Below are positions 24,084-33,365 of a stretch of 64,000 bases of DNA, piece after piece (within the stretch, counting starts at the first letter, position 1; the number at the start of each line of letters is the position of its first letter). Source of the DNA: Rhodocyclaceae bacterium (GTDB taxonomy: Bacteria; Pseudomonadota; Gammaproteobacteria; Burkholderiales; Rhodocyclaceae); NCBI GenBank assembly GCA_027310465.1, contig DAIDAU010000514.1, forward strand, positions 270-64,269, given 5' to 3'. The notes beneath the pieces are model-generated. The model was not told the origin of the DNA. It saw only the letters and a program-made list of their open reading frames with translations, and did no database searches. A program made the translations under genes and the position numbers.

Positions 24084-24530
24084 ATGGACATCAAGGAAGC
24101 CGCAGCGCTCGCCGACGGCCTGATCGCTGGCTAGGTCGCCAAGCAGGACGCGATGTGGGGCGATGCCAACGATCGCGCCGATGCCTCCAAGGGCCAGATG
24201 CTGCTCGCCGCCTGCGCGCAGGCGAACGCGGTTGCAGGCGACATGGATCGCCTAACCTTGCTCGCCAGCGCGGATGCCGAAGACCGCGCCGCTGCCGAGA
24301 ACGTCTCGCGCGCGGACATCTTCGAGGAGTGTCGCGAGCACATCTACCCGAGCGACTGGTCCGGCTTCCGCGACTACGGCAGCGACGTCGCCAACCTCGT
24401 GGTCGCAGCCGCCTACCTGCGCAACGAGATCAAGCGCCGCATTGCGAGCGGCGAGAGCACGCACCGCGCCCCGCGTCCGGCCGACAAGCCGTACAACCCG
24501 GCGACCGGCCTGCCGAACACGCTCAACTAA
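24084..24530 (+). pseudogene. hypothetical protein; ORF from ATG 24084 interrupted by in-frame TAG at 24132 (or a shorter CDS from ATG 24153)
   Basis: GGAG RBS 6 nt before 24084. MDIKEAAALADGLIAG-TAG-VAKQDAMWGDANDRA... stays in one frame. Starting at 24153 instead would leave an unusual 80-nt gap. Confidence 0.5.
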
Positions 24531-24560
24531 GCAGCCCTTCATTCCGTCAACGGAGCCGTC

Positions 24561-24872
24561 ATGACCGCCGCATTGGACCCGCTCAAGGGCACGAACAACG
24601 ACCCGTTGATGTCCGGCCGGCACGGCGCGGCCGTCACGCCGAGTGACACCAACGACCTGCCGCACGTCACCTCGTCGCTGATCGTGGCCGTTGGCACCGG
24701 CGGCACCGGCATCACCGTCGTGTATGCCGATGACGGCGATGGCAACGCGGCCAACCAGACCACGTTCATCCCTCTCACGCCTGGTACCTACCAGCTCTAC
24801 GTGCAGGTTCGCCGCGTCATGGCCACCGGCACGACGCTCGGTACTGGCGGCGGCGTGTCTGCGAGCTGGTAA
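24561..24872 (+). CDS. small conserved virion protein (103 aa), possibly head-spike-base-like
   Basis: GGAGCCGTC-ATG; AAVTPSDTNDLPHV...VQVRRVMATGTTLG recalls the spike-base family described for RcGTA head spikes (memory only, unverified). Confidence 0.45.
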   Translation: MTAALDPLKGTNNDPLMSGRHGAAVTPSDTNDLPHVTSSLIVAVGTGGTGITVVYADDGDGNAANQTTFIPLTPGTYQLYVQVRRVMATGTTLGTGGGVSASW

Positions 24873-24880
24873 CAGCACCC

Positions 24881-26527
24881 GTGGCCAATTCGCCCGACGA
24901 GGATCTTGCGAAGATCGCGACCGCGCGCGGCGAGGCCCGCGCCATGCGTGATCTATCGCCGTACGACGTCCGCATGTCCTATGCCGGCACGCCGGTCAAG
25001 CCGAACGTCAACTTCTCCTATACGGGCGCGGACTGGATGGGTCCGCTCACCCCGATGCAGCCGGTGGCGCCTCCGCAAGTCGCCGGCCGCGTCCTCGACT
25101 ACGTCCCCGGCTACAACCTCACCACCCAGCCGCGCTACGCCGAGCCGGTCACGTTCGGGACGCTGCGCGCGCTTGCCGACGCCTATGATCCGCTGCGCCT
25201 CGTGATCGAGCGCCGCAAGGACCAGATGTGCCGGCTGCCGTGGACGATCCGCGCCAAGCACGACGAGCCCGGCAGGAAGCGCCCCTCGGCGAAGGATCTG
25301 CCCAAGCAGGTGCAGAACCGCATTCGGGACATCACCGAGTTCTTCAAGAAGCCGGACCAGGAGAACACCTTCCGCGGCTGGATGCGCTCGCTGCTCGAGG
25401 ACGTGCTCGTGATCGACGCACCCTCGATGTATTGCCAGCGCAACCGCGGCGGCGACCTGATCGGCCTCAACGTCATCGACGGCGCGCTGATCAAGCGCGT
25501 GATCGACGACTGGGGCCGTACCCCGCAGCCGATCCCGTTCGAGGGATCGTTCATGTGGAACGGCGCCGAGATCACCGAGCAGAACCATCAGGCCTACGGC
25601 TTCAAGATGGTGCCGGGCTTTGCGGCCGCGCACATGCTGCCGCGGGGCACGCCGGTCCCGCGCGCCGTCATGCTGCCGCCGGCCTATCAGCAGATCCTCA
25701 AGGGCCTGCCGGCCGTCAACTACACGACGTGGGACCTGTATTATCGCCCGCTCAACAAGCGGCCGAACCGCATCTACGGCTTCTCGCCGGTCGAGCAGGT
25801 CATCAGCACGGTCAACATCGCGATCCGCAGGGCCTATCACCAGCTCGAATATTATCGCGAGGGCAACACGCCGGAGGGCTTCTATTCGCTCCCGGAGGAC
25901 TGGACGCCGGACCAGATCCAGAAGTTCCAGGACTACTGGGACAACCTGATGTCTGGCCAGCTCGGCCAGCGGCGCCGCATCCGCTTCATGGCGGGCAAGG
26001 GCACCTTCACGCCGGTCCGCGAGCCGCCGCTCAAGAACGACTTCGACGAGTGGCTGATCCGCATCGTCTGCCTCGCCTTCTCCTATCCGCCGAACGCGCT
26101 GGTCGCGCTATCGAACCGCTCGATCGCCGACCAGCACGAGAAGCAGGCCGAGGAGGAGGGCATCGAGCCGCTCAAGCAGTGGGCCGAGGAGACCTTCAAC
26201 GAGATCATCGCCAACGATCTCGGCAGCGACGACCTCGAGTTCGCCTGGGTCGAAGAGAACGAGATCGACCAGGCCAAGCAGGCCGAGATCCTCACCACCT
26301 ACGCCAGCAAGGGCGCGCTCACCATCAACCAGATGCGCGAGCGCATGGGTGAGGAACCCGACTCCAACAAGGCGGCCAACATGCTCATGGTGCTGACGCC
26401 GGCCGGCTATGTGCCGATCGACGCGCTGCTCACCGAGAACAAGGTCGCCGATGCCAAGGCGATGGCGGCGGCCGTTCCTAAGCCGGAACCGTCAGTCGCG
26501 ACAACCAAAGAGTCCGAAGAGAGTTGA
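24881..26527 (+). CDS. portal protein
   Basis: 548 aa, position after terminase, acidic C-terminus; start uncertain (GTG 24881 or ATG 24943). Confidence 0.8.
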   Translation: MANSPDEDLAKIATARGEARAMRDLSPYDVRMSYAGTPVKPNVNFSYTGADWMGPLTPMQPVAPPQVAGRVLDYVPGYNLTTQPRYAEPVTFGTLRALADAYDPLRLVIERRKDQMCRLPWTIRAKHDEPGRKRPSAKDLPKQVQNRIRDITEFFKKPDQENTFRGWMRSLLEDVLVIDAPSMYCQRNRGGDLIGLNVIDGALIKRVIDDWGRTPQPIPFEGSFMWNGAEITEQNHQAYGFKMVPGFAAAHMLPRGTPVPRAVMLPPAYQQILKGLPAVNYTTWDLYYRPLNKRPNRIYGFSPVEQVISTVNIAIRRAYHQLEYYREGNTPEGFYSLPEDWTPDQIQKFQDYWDNLMSGQLGQRRRIRFMAGKGTFTPVREPPLKNDFDEWLIRIVCLAFSYPPNALVALSNRSIADQHEKQAEEEGIEPLKQWAEETFNEIIANDLGSDDLEFAWVEENEIDQAKQAEILTTYASKGALTINQMRERMGEEPDSNKAANMLMVLTPAGYVPIDALLTENKVADAKAMAAAVPKPEPSVATTKESEES

Positions 26528-26658
26528 CCTAGCGCTGGTGTTCGCCGTGCGGCGAAACACCCAGCCTTGGGTCAATTTCGGGAAACGAAAATATTCGACT
26601 TCCCAGAAATTTCGGCTTCGCGTAAATGATGCCAACCCTAGAACAGAGGATAAAAAAC

Positions 26659-26817
26659 ATGGCACGTCCCGCAGGATCGTACCGGTGCGCCCGCCGCAAC
26701 GAGGCTCGCAACCGCCGCAAGGAGTGGCGCAAGCAGGGCCTCGGCCAGCGTTGCCCGGTCGTCAGCTATGGCGAGGTGCAGCGCCTCAACCGCATGCACC
26801 AGGCCGCCGCGAAATGA
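26659..26817 (+). CDS. hypothetical basic protein (52 aa)
   Basis: GAGGATAAAAAAC-ATG; MARPAGSYRCARRNEARNRRKEWRK... Confidence 0.5.
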   Translation: MARPAGSYRCARRNEARNRRKEWRKQGLGQRCPVVSYGEVQRLNRMHQAAAK

Positions 26818-27014
26818 GCGCGACCGCCGTCGACAAGGCCGCCGAGGCCAAGGCCAAGCTCGGGCCCGAAGCCAAGTTCATCCTCGGCGAGTTCTGCCGC
26901 ATCCAGCGCGAGAAGTACGGACCCGACTGGAAGCGCAAGCTGGCAGAAGAGATGTCCGCCAAGACCACGCCGATCATCCAGGCGCTGCTCGCCGGTCATC
27001 GGCGGCTGCGCTGA
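26814..27014 (+). CDS. hypothetical protein (66 aa)
   Basis: ATGA coupling; MSATAVDKAAEAKAKLGPEAKFILGEF... Confidence 0.55.
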   Translation: MSATAVDKAAEAKAKLGPEAKFILGEFCRIQREKYGPDWKRKLAEEMSAKTTPIIQALLAGHRRLR

Positions 27015-27035
27015 CCTCAAGAGAGACTTTTGCCT

Positions 27036-28874
27036 ATGACCGTTATGCATCGGCTGATTGCGCCCGGTGGGTCCTCGCCCGTGACCGTCAATGGTCGGGT
27101 CTATAGTCCCTCTGCCGGATACGTCGATGCGCCGATCTTCGACTCCATGGTCCTGCAGGCCAATGGCTGGACGCTGCTGGCCGAAAGCGTCGCTGATGCG
27201 TCGCTCCCGAGCTTCTATCACGGCCAGCGCGTAGGCGAGCTCAGGTTTGATACGGATCTAGGTGAGGTGCTGGTCTGGGACGGGGCGCAGTGGCTCGATC
27301 CCCTTGTGGGAGCGAATGCCTGGTGGCCTCAATATACCGACATGGCTCTGCAATTCGGCAGTCGGTATCAGATCGGCGGCGTCGCCAAGAGCATTTCCGA
27401 CCTCACGTTCGCCCGCGCCAGCACCGCCGAAATCATTCTTGGCGGCTCCCGTCTGTCGTTCGCAAGCGGTCAGCCACGCATCAACAACGGCGCGATTTAT
27501 CTCGATAGCGTCGGCGCGACCAACCTGATTTCCAGCCCGGAGGACCACTCTACCGGATGGACCAATGCCCAGGTCACCGTCGGCGCGTTGGCGAACCTCG
27601 GCGGCGGGACAGTGCCGTTCTATCCCGTGATGGAAACGGCGGTAACGAACGTTCACACGCATCGCCGGACAATTACGACCGCTGCTAGTGCATTTGGTGG
27701 CTACGGCTATATCGCACCGACGCTGGGTCGAACCAAATTTCGGATTGAACTGACCGCGAACACAGGCAACGGTCTTCGGTTTGAGTTTGATCTTAGCGGT
27801 AGCGGCAGCGTGACGACTCCGATTGGAACGGGAGCCTCGCCAGCGACGGCGGTTTCTTACGGTGTGATCCAACTCGCCGATGGGGTGTGGCTCTGGTATA
27901 TCACCGGCACGTGGCCAGCCGACAGTCACACCTCGATCCAGTTCTGGATGTATCTGCGCGACGCGACCGGCGCCACGTCCTATGCTGGCGATATCGCAAT
28001 GGGAGCGTATTACGGGCCCGTGATGCTTAACGCGTCGTCGACGGTGGTGGACTATACGGCGAGCACGCGCGCTGCGGAGAGTCTTTCGATCCCCTTGACG
28101 GACGGCCCTTGGAGCTTCCGTGTCCGCAATGTCAGCGCCGACGAATGGCGCGGCATGGTGACGGTCTCTGGCGGGGCCTACGCGCTGACGCCGCCGAGCG
28201 GGTCGACGACCATCACGAAGGTCGAGGGCTACCAGCTCGACTACATGCACGATTTCACAGCAGACGCCGACACGCTGCCCGGTGACATCGGAACTGGTTG
28301 GGATTGTCGAGGCGGCTATGTGGCCAGCTACCCGCTCCCCACCAACACAAAGGTGCATATTAGCGGCGGCAAGGTCGTTACCGATGTTGGCGATGTTTGC
28401 TATATGACTCGCGTCTTTTCGAGCCCCGTTCACTACATGGAGCAAGTCGTTTCATGGACTGACACGGGAGGCGCCGGGATCGAGGCAACGGGCGCGATGT
28501 TTGCGACTGCCGATCCCAACATCATTAGCAATATGCCACATCATACTCTCTCCCGCGACGTGACGACGATCGGTCAGCGCATCAATGGCGGTACGATCTC
28601 GACACTGCAAGCTCTGAATTTCACGCCGAACCCGGCAGAGGATGGCACGCAATTCCCGTGGCGGCACTCCACAACAGCGAGCGGAACGGTCGTCGAGGCC
28701 GTCCGCAACAGCGAGCGGCAAACATATTCCGACGCGAGCTTGGGCGACGCTGGCGCAACGCCGGTTGGAACGCGGGCGGTTTGGGAGATTTACCAGCCAG
28801 ACGCGGCGGCCGGTAACACGCTGTCGGTCTACAAGGTGGCCGCACGCTATCGGCCTGTGATTTTGGCTGCGTAA
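27036..28874 (+). CDS. large fibre or receptor-binding-like protein with ANGW-type N-terminal module (612 aa)
   Basis: MTVMHRLIAPGGSSPVTVNGRVYSPSAGYVDAPIFDSMVLQANGW...GELRFDTDLGEVLVWDGAQW; lower G+C by eye; TTG 27030 is an alternative start. Confidence 0.75.
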   Translation: MTVMHRLIAPGGSSPVTVNGRVYSPSAGYVDAPIFDSMVLQANGWTLLAESVADASLPSFYHGQRVGELRFDTDLGEVLVWDGAQWLDPLVGANAWWPQYTDMALQFGSRYQIGGVAKSISDLTFARASTAEIILGGSRLSFASGQPRINNGAIYLDSVGATNLISSPEDHSTGWTNAQVTVGALANLGGGTVPFYPVMETAVTNVHTHRRTITTAASAFGGYGYIAPTLGRTKFRIELTANTGNGLRFEFDLSGSGSVTTPIGTGASPATAVSYGVIQLADGVWLWYITGTWPADSHTSIQFWMYLRDATGATSYAGDIAMGAYYGPVMLNASSTVVDYTASTRAAESLSIPLTDGPWSFRVRNVSADEWRGMVTVSGGAYALTPPSGSTTITKVEGYQLDYMHDFTADADTLPGDIGTGWDCRGGYVASYPLPTNTKVHISGGKVVTDVGDVCYMTRVFSSPVHYMEQVVSWTDTGGAGIEATGAMFATADPNIISNMPHHTLSRDVTTIGQRINGGTISTLQALNFTPNPAEDGTQFPWRHSTTASGTVVEAVRNSERQTYSDASLGDAGATPVGTRAVWEIYQPDAAAGNTLSVYKVAARYRPVILAA

Positions 28875-29130
28875 CACTCAGCCTGGGTCGGATGGCAGAT
28901 TGCAACCAGCGACAAAGGTCTCGATAGCATCGAGGCTGGCTTGATCTGGGAAACCATGTGCGTCAGGGTTTTTTGGCTTCTATGGCCAGAGCCCTGACAA
29001 ACCTGTTCTCAGCTTCGACTGCCTTGAAAGCGGGATCGCTGTGAATGATACCGTCCACTCCCTTCAGGCGAGTGGGCCGCTCACGCCTTCCACTCACACA
29101 CACTCCAAACACAGACAAGGAAATACGTCG

Positions 29131-29424
29131 ATGGCAATGCATCGCTTGATCCCTCCTGCCAGCGGTCCGACGATCGTCGCGAATGGGCGATCCTACAACC
29201 CCGCCGCCGGCGCACAGGACGTGCCTGACTTTGACGCCGTCATTCTCGAGGCCAACGGCTGGAGCGTGATCGGTCATGCGTCCGGCACCACGGCGTCGCG
29301 CCCGACGACGTCATCGGCCGGCACGCGGCTGGTAACCGGCTTCAAGTTCTTCGATAGCACGATCGGCAAGACCGTGACGTGGGACGGCAAGGCCTGGCGC
29401 AAGGAAGACGGCACCGTCGGCTAA
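29131..29424 (+). CDS. stand-alone ANGW-module protein (97 aa)
   Basis: MAMHRLIPPASGPTIVANGRSYNPAAGAQDVPDFDAVILEANGW...GFKFFDSTIGKTVTWDGKAW; paralog of the N-termini at 22509 and 27036. Confidence 0.7.
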   Translation: MAMHRLIPPASGPTIVANGRSYNPAAGAQDVPDFDAVILEANGWSVIGHASGTTASRPTTSSAGTRLVTGFKFFDSTIGKTVTWDGKAWRKEDGTVG

Positions 29425-29464
29425 CGCCATTCAACCATCGCGCTTGAAGGGGAGATATCTTCTC

Positions 29465-29668
29465 ATGGACATGACCGCGCCAGCCGGCGTCGCCGGCACG
29501 CTCTACTGCACCTCTGGCCTCGTCTACAGCAATGTCACTGCCGGCGCCACGATCAACGTGAACCCGGCGGATGTTCCGGAGCTGACCGCGATGGGTTTCA
29601 CGCCATCCGTCACGACGACCAACTTCCCGGTCGTCGAGGAATCGAACCCCCCGATCTTTACCGAGTAA
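29465..29668 (+). CDS. hypothetical protein (67 aa)
   Basis: GGGGAGATATCTTCTC-ATG; MDMTAPAGVAGTLYCTSGLVYSNV... Confidence 0.55.
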   Translation: MDMTAPAGVAGTLYCTSGLVYSNVTAGATINVNPADVPELTAMGFTPSVTTTNFPVVEESNPPIFTE

Positions 29669-29677
29669 CTCTCGCCC

Positions 29678-32600
29678 ATGTCCACCTTTGCAGCGCCCGC
29701 ATCGGCCACGTCGGGCCTGCAGGGCTATGACCTCGAAGGCGCCGATCGTCCGGCGCGTCGCAAGGTCAGTAAGGGCGAGGCGCGCTACGGCGACAACGCC
29801 AAGACCAAGCAGTGCATGTCCTGCGTGATGTTCCTTGCGCCGGACGCCTGCACCAAGGTCACGGGCAAGATCGCCCCGACCGGCCACTGCAAGTTCTACT
29901 ACGGCTTTGCCAACGTCGAGAAGGCGGCCGGTACCGCCTCGTTCCGCGCCGCCGGCATCGCGCTGGTCGAGAAGGAATACGGCAAGGCCCTGTTCATCAA
30001 GCGCAGCGGCGAGGGCGACCACGCCGGCGAATGGTGCTTCCCGGGCGGCGGCATCGACGGCAGCGAGACGCCGCTTGAGGCGGCGCTCCGCGAGGCCGTC
30101 GAGGAAGTCGGCTTCACGGTCCCGCACGATGGCGACCTCACCACGTTCGTTGCCACCATCGAGAGCAACGGCGTCGAGTTCACGACCTTCTTCCAGCGCG
30201 TCGACAAGGCGTTCGAGGCGAAGCTCAACGAGGAGCACACCGACTATCGCTGGGAGCCGCTGGAGAGGCCGCCGCAGCCGCTACATCCCGGCGTGCGCGC
30301 CGTGCTGCCGATGGTGGTCTCGGCCGCCACCGAGCTGACGCTCAAGAGCGCCAAGCGCACGCTCTACGTCAGGCGCCCGCTGATCAACGGCGAGCACCTC
30401 GTGAACTGGGCCAAGGCCAACGGGTTCGCGACCACGCTCCCCGACACCGACATGCATGTGACGATCGCCTACTCGAAAGAGGCGGTCGACTGGGACGCGG
30501 TACCGCGGTCATCACTCCCCATCCTACGGATCGAAGGCGGCGGCCGTGAGCTTGCCCGCTTCGGAAAAGACGGCGAAGCCGTCGTGCTCAAGCTCGAGTC
30601 TGAGGAGCTTGCCGCACGTCATCGGGAGATCAGGCAGGCCGGCGCCTCTTGGGACTGGCCCTACTACAAGCCGAACGTGACGCTGACTTATGCGGGCAAG
30701 GACATCTCGCTCGACGAGCTTGCGGCATTTGACGGCGTTCTCGAGTTCGGACCCGAAGCCTGGGCCGAAGTGCAAGACAACTACATGGACAGCGTCGTCG
30801 AAAAGCACGACGGAGTGGAGCAACATATGGACAATCTTTCCCTGTTTGTGCCGGTGCTGAAGGTCGACGCCAAGCAGCGCATGGTCTACGGCACGGCAGT
30901 CATCGAGCAGCCCGATCGCACCAACGAGATCTTCGACTACGCGAGCTCGAAGCCCGAGTTCGAGAAGTGGTCGAGCGAGGTCGAGAAGGCTTCCGGCGGC
31001 AAGAGCCTCGGCAACGTGCGCTCGATGCACGGCAAGGTCGCGGCCGGCAAGCTCACCGACATCGGCTTCGACGACGAGCGCAAGGCGATCGACGTCGCCG
31101 CCAAGGTGGTCGACGAGGAGGAGTGGCAGAAGGTCCAGGAGGGCGTCTACACCGGCTTCTCGATCGGCGGCCGCTATCTGAAGAAGTGGCAGGACGGCGC
31201 CTACAAGCGCTATACCGCAGCGCCCAGCGAGGTCTCGCTGGTCGATCTGCCGTGCGTCAAGGACGCCACCTTCGCGCTGATCAAGGCCGACGGCAGCGAG
31301 GAGCTGCGCAAGTTCGCCTCCACCGAGCAGGCTGTCGAGGACGGCAAGACCGAGCCCGTCGAGATCACCAACGACATGGTCGCCAAGCGCGCCGAGGAGC
31401 TGGCCAAGGTCTCCGGCAAGCCCTGGGCCGATCACGTCGACGAGGCGCGCGCCGCGCTCGAAGCCGAGGCCGTCGCCAAGGCGGCCGAGAAGGATGCCAA
31501 GCCTGCGGACGGCGAGGGCGAGGTCGCGAAGGGCACTGAGGCCGAGGTTATCGCTCCGGTGGTCACCGTCGATGTCGATGGCGCCAAGCTCGCCGACACG
31601 GTCGTCAAGGGCGTCGACGACGACATCGAGCAGGTCTGGACCTCAAAGCGCCTGCCCGGCAAATCGTTCGCCAAGAAGGCGGAGCTGCGCGAGGCACTGA
31701 ATGCGCTCGACATCGAGGAGGAGGCGGCGCGGAAAGCTGCGCCCGTGCTCGACCTGATCAAGGGCGTCACCAATCCCGAGGCCAAGGCCGATCCGAAGGC
31801 CGATCCGAAGGCCGAGGTCAAGCCGGAAGGCGAGGGCGCGGTCGAAAAGCGCGAGTTCTCCGACAGCGAGCGCGAGAAGGACGCGAAGAGTGGCGCAGCC
31901 GAAGCCGACGGCTCCTATCCGATCGAGAACGCGACGGACCTGGAGAACGCGGTCAAGGCCTACGGCCGCTCCAAGAACAAGGCCAAGACCAAGCGCCACA
32001 TCATCAAGCGCGCCCGCGCGCTCGGTCTCACCGACAAGCTCCCCGAGGGCTGGGTGAAGAAGGTGGCCGACGGCGAGGATCTCGCCAAGGGCGCCTCGCT
32101 CTATCTGGTCGCAGACCTCATGTATATGCTGAGCTGCGTCGAGAGCCTCGAGGAGCGCGCAGAGCTCTCCGCCGAGGTGTTCGGCGGCATCGACGTGCCC
32201 AAGGAGCTGACCGATCGCTTCGGCAGCCTGCTGGTCGATCTCGGCGACATCACCGCCGACATTCTCGACGTCGTGCTGGCCGACACCCGCAACGAGGAGG
32301 CCGCCGAGGCCGCTGCGAAGGCGGCTCCGGTCATGGACCTCTTCAAGCGCGGCGCCCGCAACTCGGCCTCCGACAAGGCCCTGATCAAGCAGGCGCACGA
32401 CATCCTGGTCACGCTCGACAAGGATGCCTGCGCCGGCGTCATGGGCAAGGCGGAAGGCGGTGATCTGGAGAAGGCGGCCAAGGTCGAGGCGCTCTCGTCC
32501 GAGGTCGAGCGTCTCACCGGCGCGCTGGAGATCGAGAAGTCCACCAACAGCAAGGCGCTGGCGGCGATCGCCGAAGGCGTCGAGGCGCTGAAGAGCCAGC

Positions 32601-32833
32601 TCGAAAAGGTCAACGGCGACAACAAGGAGCTGGCGGAGAAGCTGGAGAAGGCGCAGGGCGACCTGTCGGCGATCCGCTCGACGCCGCTGCCTGCGCCCGC
32701 CGGTCCCTACCGCGTGGTCGAGAAGACGGTCGATACCCTGACCGTCGGACAGACCGGCGAGGTTGACGAGACGACGCTGCGCAAGAACGCAGAGCTCGCC
32801 AAGCTCAACCGCACCATCTGGGCCGGTCGGTAA
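29678..32833 (+). CDS. 1051-aa polyvalent head protein: Cys cluster + Nudix + 2H-phosphoesterase-like + XkdF-type prohead protease-like + scaffold-like tail
   Basis: Nudix box GGGIDGSETPLEAALREAVEEVG (aa 123-145). MHVTIAYS (aa 259) and KPNVTLTY (aa 331). LFVPVLKVDAKQRMVYGTAVIEQPDRTNEIFDY...GNVRSMHG. Acidic, coiled-coil C-terminal half with DGSYPIENATDLENAVKAYGR. Confidence 0.75.
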   Translation: MSTFAAPASATSGLQGYDLEGADRPARRKVSKGEARYGDNAKTKQCMSCVMFLAPDACTKVTGKIAPTGHCKFYYGFANVEKAAGTASFRAAGIALVEKEYGKALFIKRSGEGDHAGEWCFPGGGIDGSETPLEAALREAVEEVGFTVPHDGDLTTFVATIESNGVEFTTFFQRVDKAFEAKLNEEHTDYRWEPLERPPQPLHPGVRAVLPMVVSAATELTLKSAKRTLYVRRPLINGEHLVNWAKANGFATTLPDTDMHVTIAYSKEAVDWDAVPRSSLPILRIEGGGRELARFGKDGEAVVLKLESEELAARHREIRQAGASWDWPYYKPNVTLTYAGKDISLDELAAFDGVLEFGPEAWAEVQDNYMDSVVEKHDGVEQHMDNLSLFVPVLKVDAKQRMVYGTAVIEQPDRTNEIFDYASSKPEFEKWSSEVEKASGGKSLGNVRSMHGKVAAGKLTDIGFDDERKAIDVAAKVVDEEEWQKVQEGVYTGFSIGGRYLKKWQDGAYKRYTAAPSEVSLVDLPCVKDATFALIKADGSEELRKFASTEQAVEDGKTEPVEITNDMVAKRAEELAKVSGKPWADHVDEARAALEAEAVAKAAEKDAKPADGEGEVAKGTEAEVIAPVVTVDVDGAKLADTVVKGVDDDIEQVWTSKRLPGKSFAKKAELREALNALDIEEEAARKAAPVLDLIKGVTNPEAKADPKADPKAEVKPEGEGAVEKREFSDSEREKDAKSGAAEADGSYPIENATDLENAVKAYGRSKNKAKTKRHIIKRARALGLTDKLPEGWVKKVADGEDLAKGASLYLVADLMYMLSCVESLEERAELSAEVFGGIDVPKELTDRFGSLLVDLGDITADILDVVLADTRNEEAAEAAAKAAPVMDLFKRGARNSASDKALIKQAHDILVTLDKDACAGVMGKAEGGDLEKAAKVEALSSEVERLTGALEIEKSTNSKALAAIAEGVEALKSQLEKVNGDNKELAEKLEKAQGDLSAIRSTPLPAPAGPYRVVEKTVDTLTVGQTGEVDETTLRKNAELAKLNRTIWAGR

Positions 32834-33216
32834 TGTCCGGCAACGACAAGCGCAACCTCCCCGACGACAGCGCGGGGAGGAAGCGCATGCCGATGGCGAG
32901 CGGCCTCCTGGATTACTTCCCGGATGCCCTCGCCGAGGTCGCCTTCGTCTCGTGGTTCGGCAACGAGAAGCACAATCCCGGCGAGCCGCTGCATCACGCC
33001 CGCGGCAAGTCGATGGACCATCCCGACTGCATCATGCGTCACATGACGCAGCGCGGCGGCTTCGACATCGTCGAGATCGCCGGGGTCCAGTACAAGATCC
33101 GCCACTCCGCCGCGATGGCGTGGCGTGCGCTCGCCCTCCTGCAGGAGGAGCTTGAGCAGGAACACGGTCTGCCTCTGCCGCGCGGTGCGCGGATCGAAGA
33201 GGCGACCAAGGCTTAA
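32833..33216 (+). CDS. dATP/dGTP diphosphohydrolase-domain-like (DUF5664-like) protein
   Basis: TAATG coupling; LLDYFPDALAEVAFVSWFGNEKHNPGEPLHH...HPDCIMRHM...HSAAMAWRALALLQ fits that family as I recall it. Confidence 0.5.
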   Translation: MSGNDKRNLPDDSAGRKRMPMASGLLDYFPDALAEVAFVSWFGNEKHNPGEPLHHARGKSMDHPDCIMRHMTQRGGFDIVEIAGVQYKIRHSAAMAWRALALLQEELEQEHGLPLPRGARIEEATKA

Positions 33217-33365
33217 CGAAATTCCTGCGCGCATCCACTCCGGGGACGGTCTGGGTGTCGCGTCTTGAAAGCAAGCCGCCGGAGACGGTGGCCCGAGAGA
33301 CGACCCCGCATTGCTGCCGGAGACGGCGGCGCATCACCCCCACACCCCTCAATGGAGATAACGCG

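Noticed and set aside
28963-29277. 104-aa minus-strand ORF between the fibre-like genes
   Set aside because: Arg/Gly-rich, with no RBS. It overlaps the start of the convincing 29131 gene on the other strand, so 28875-29130 is treated as intergenic.
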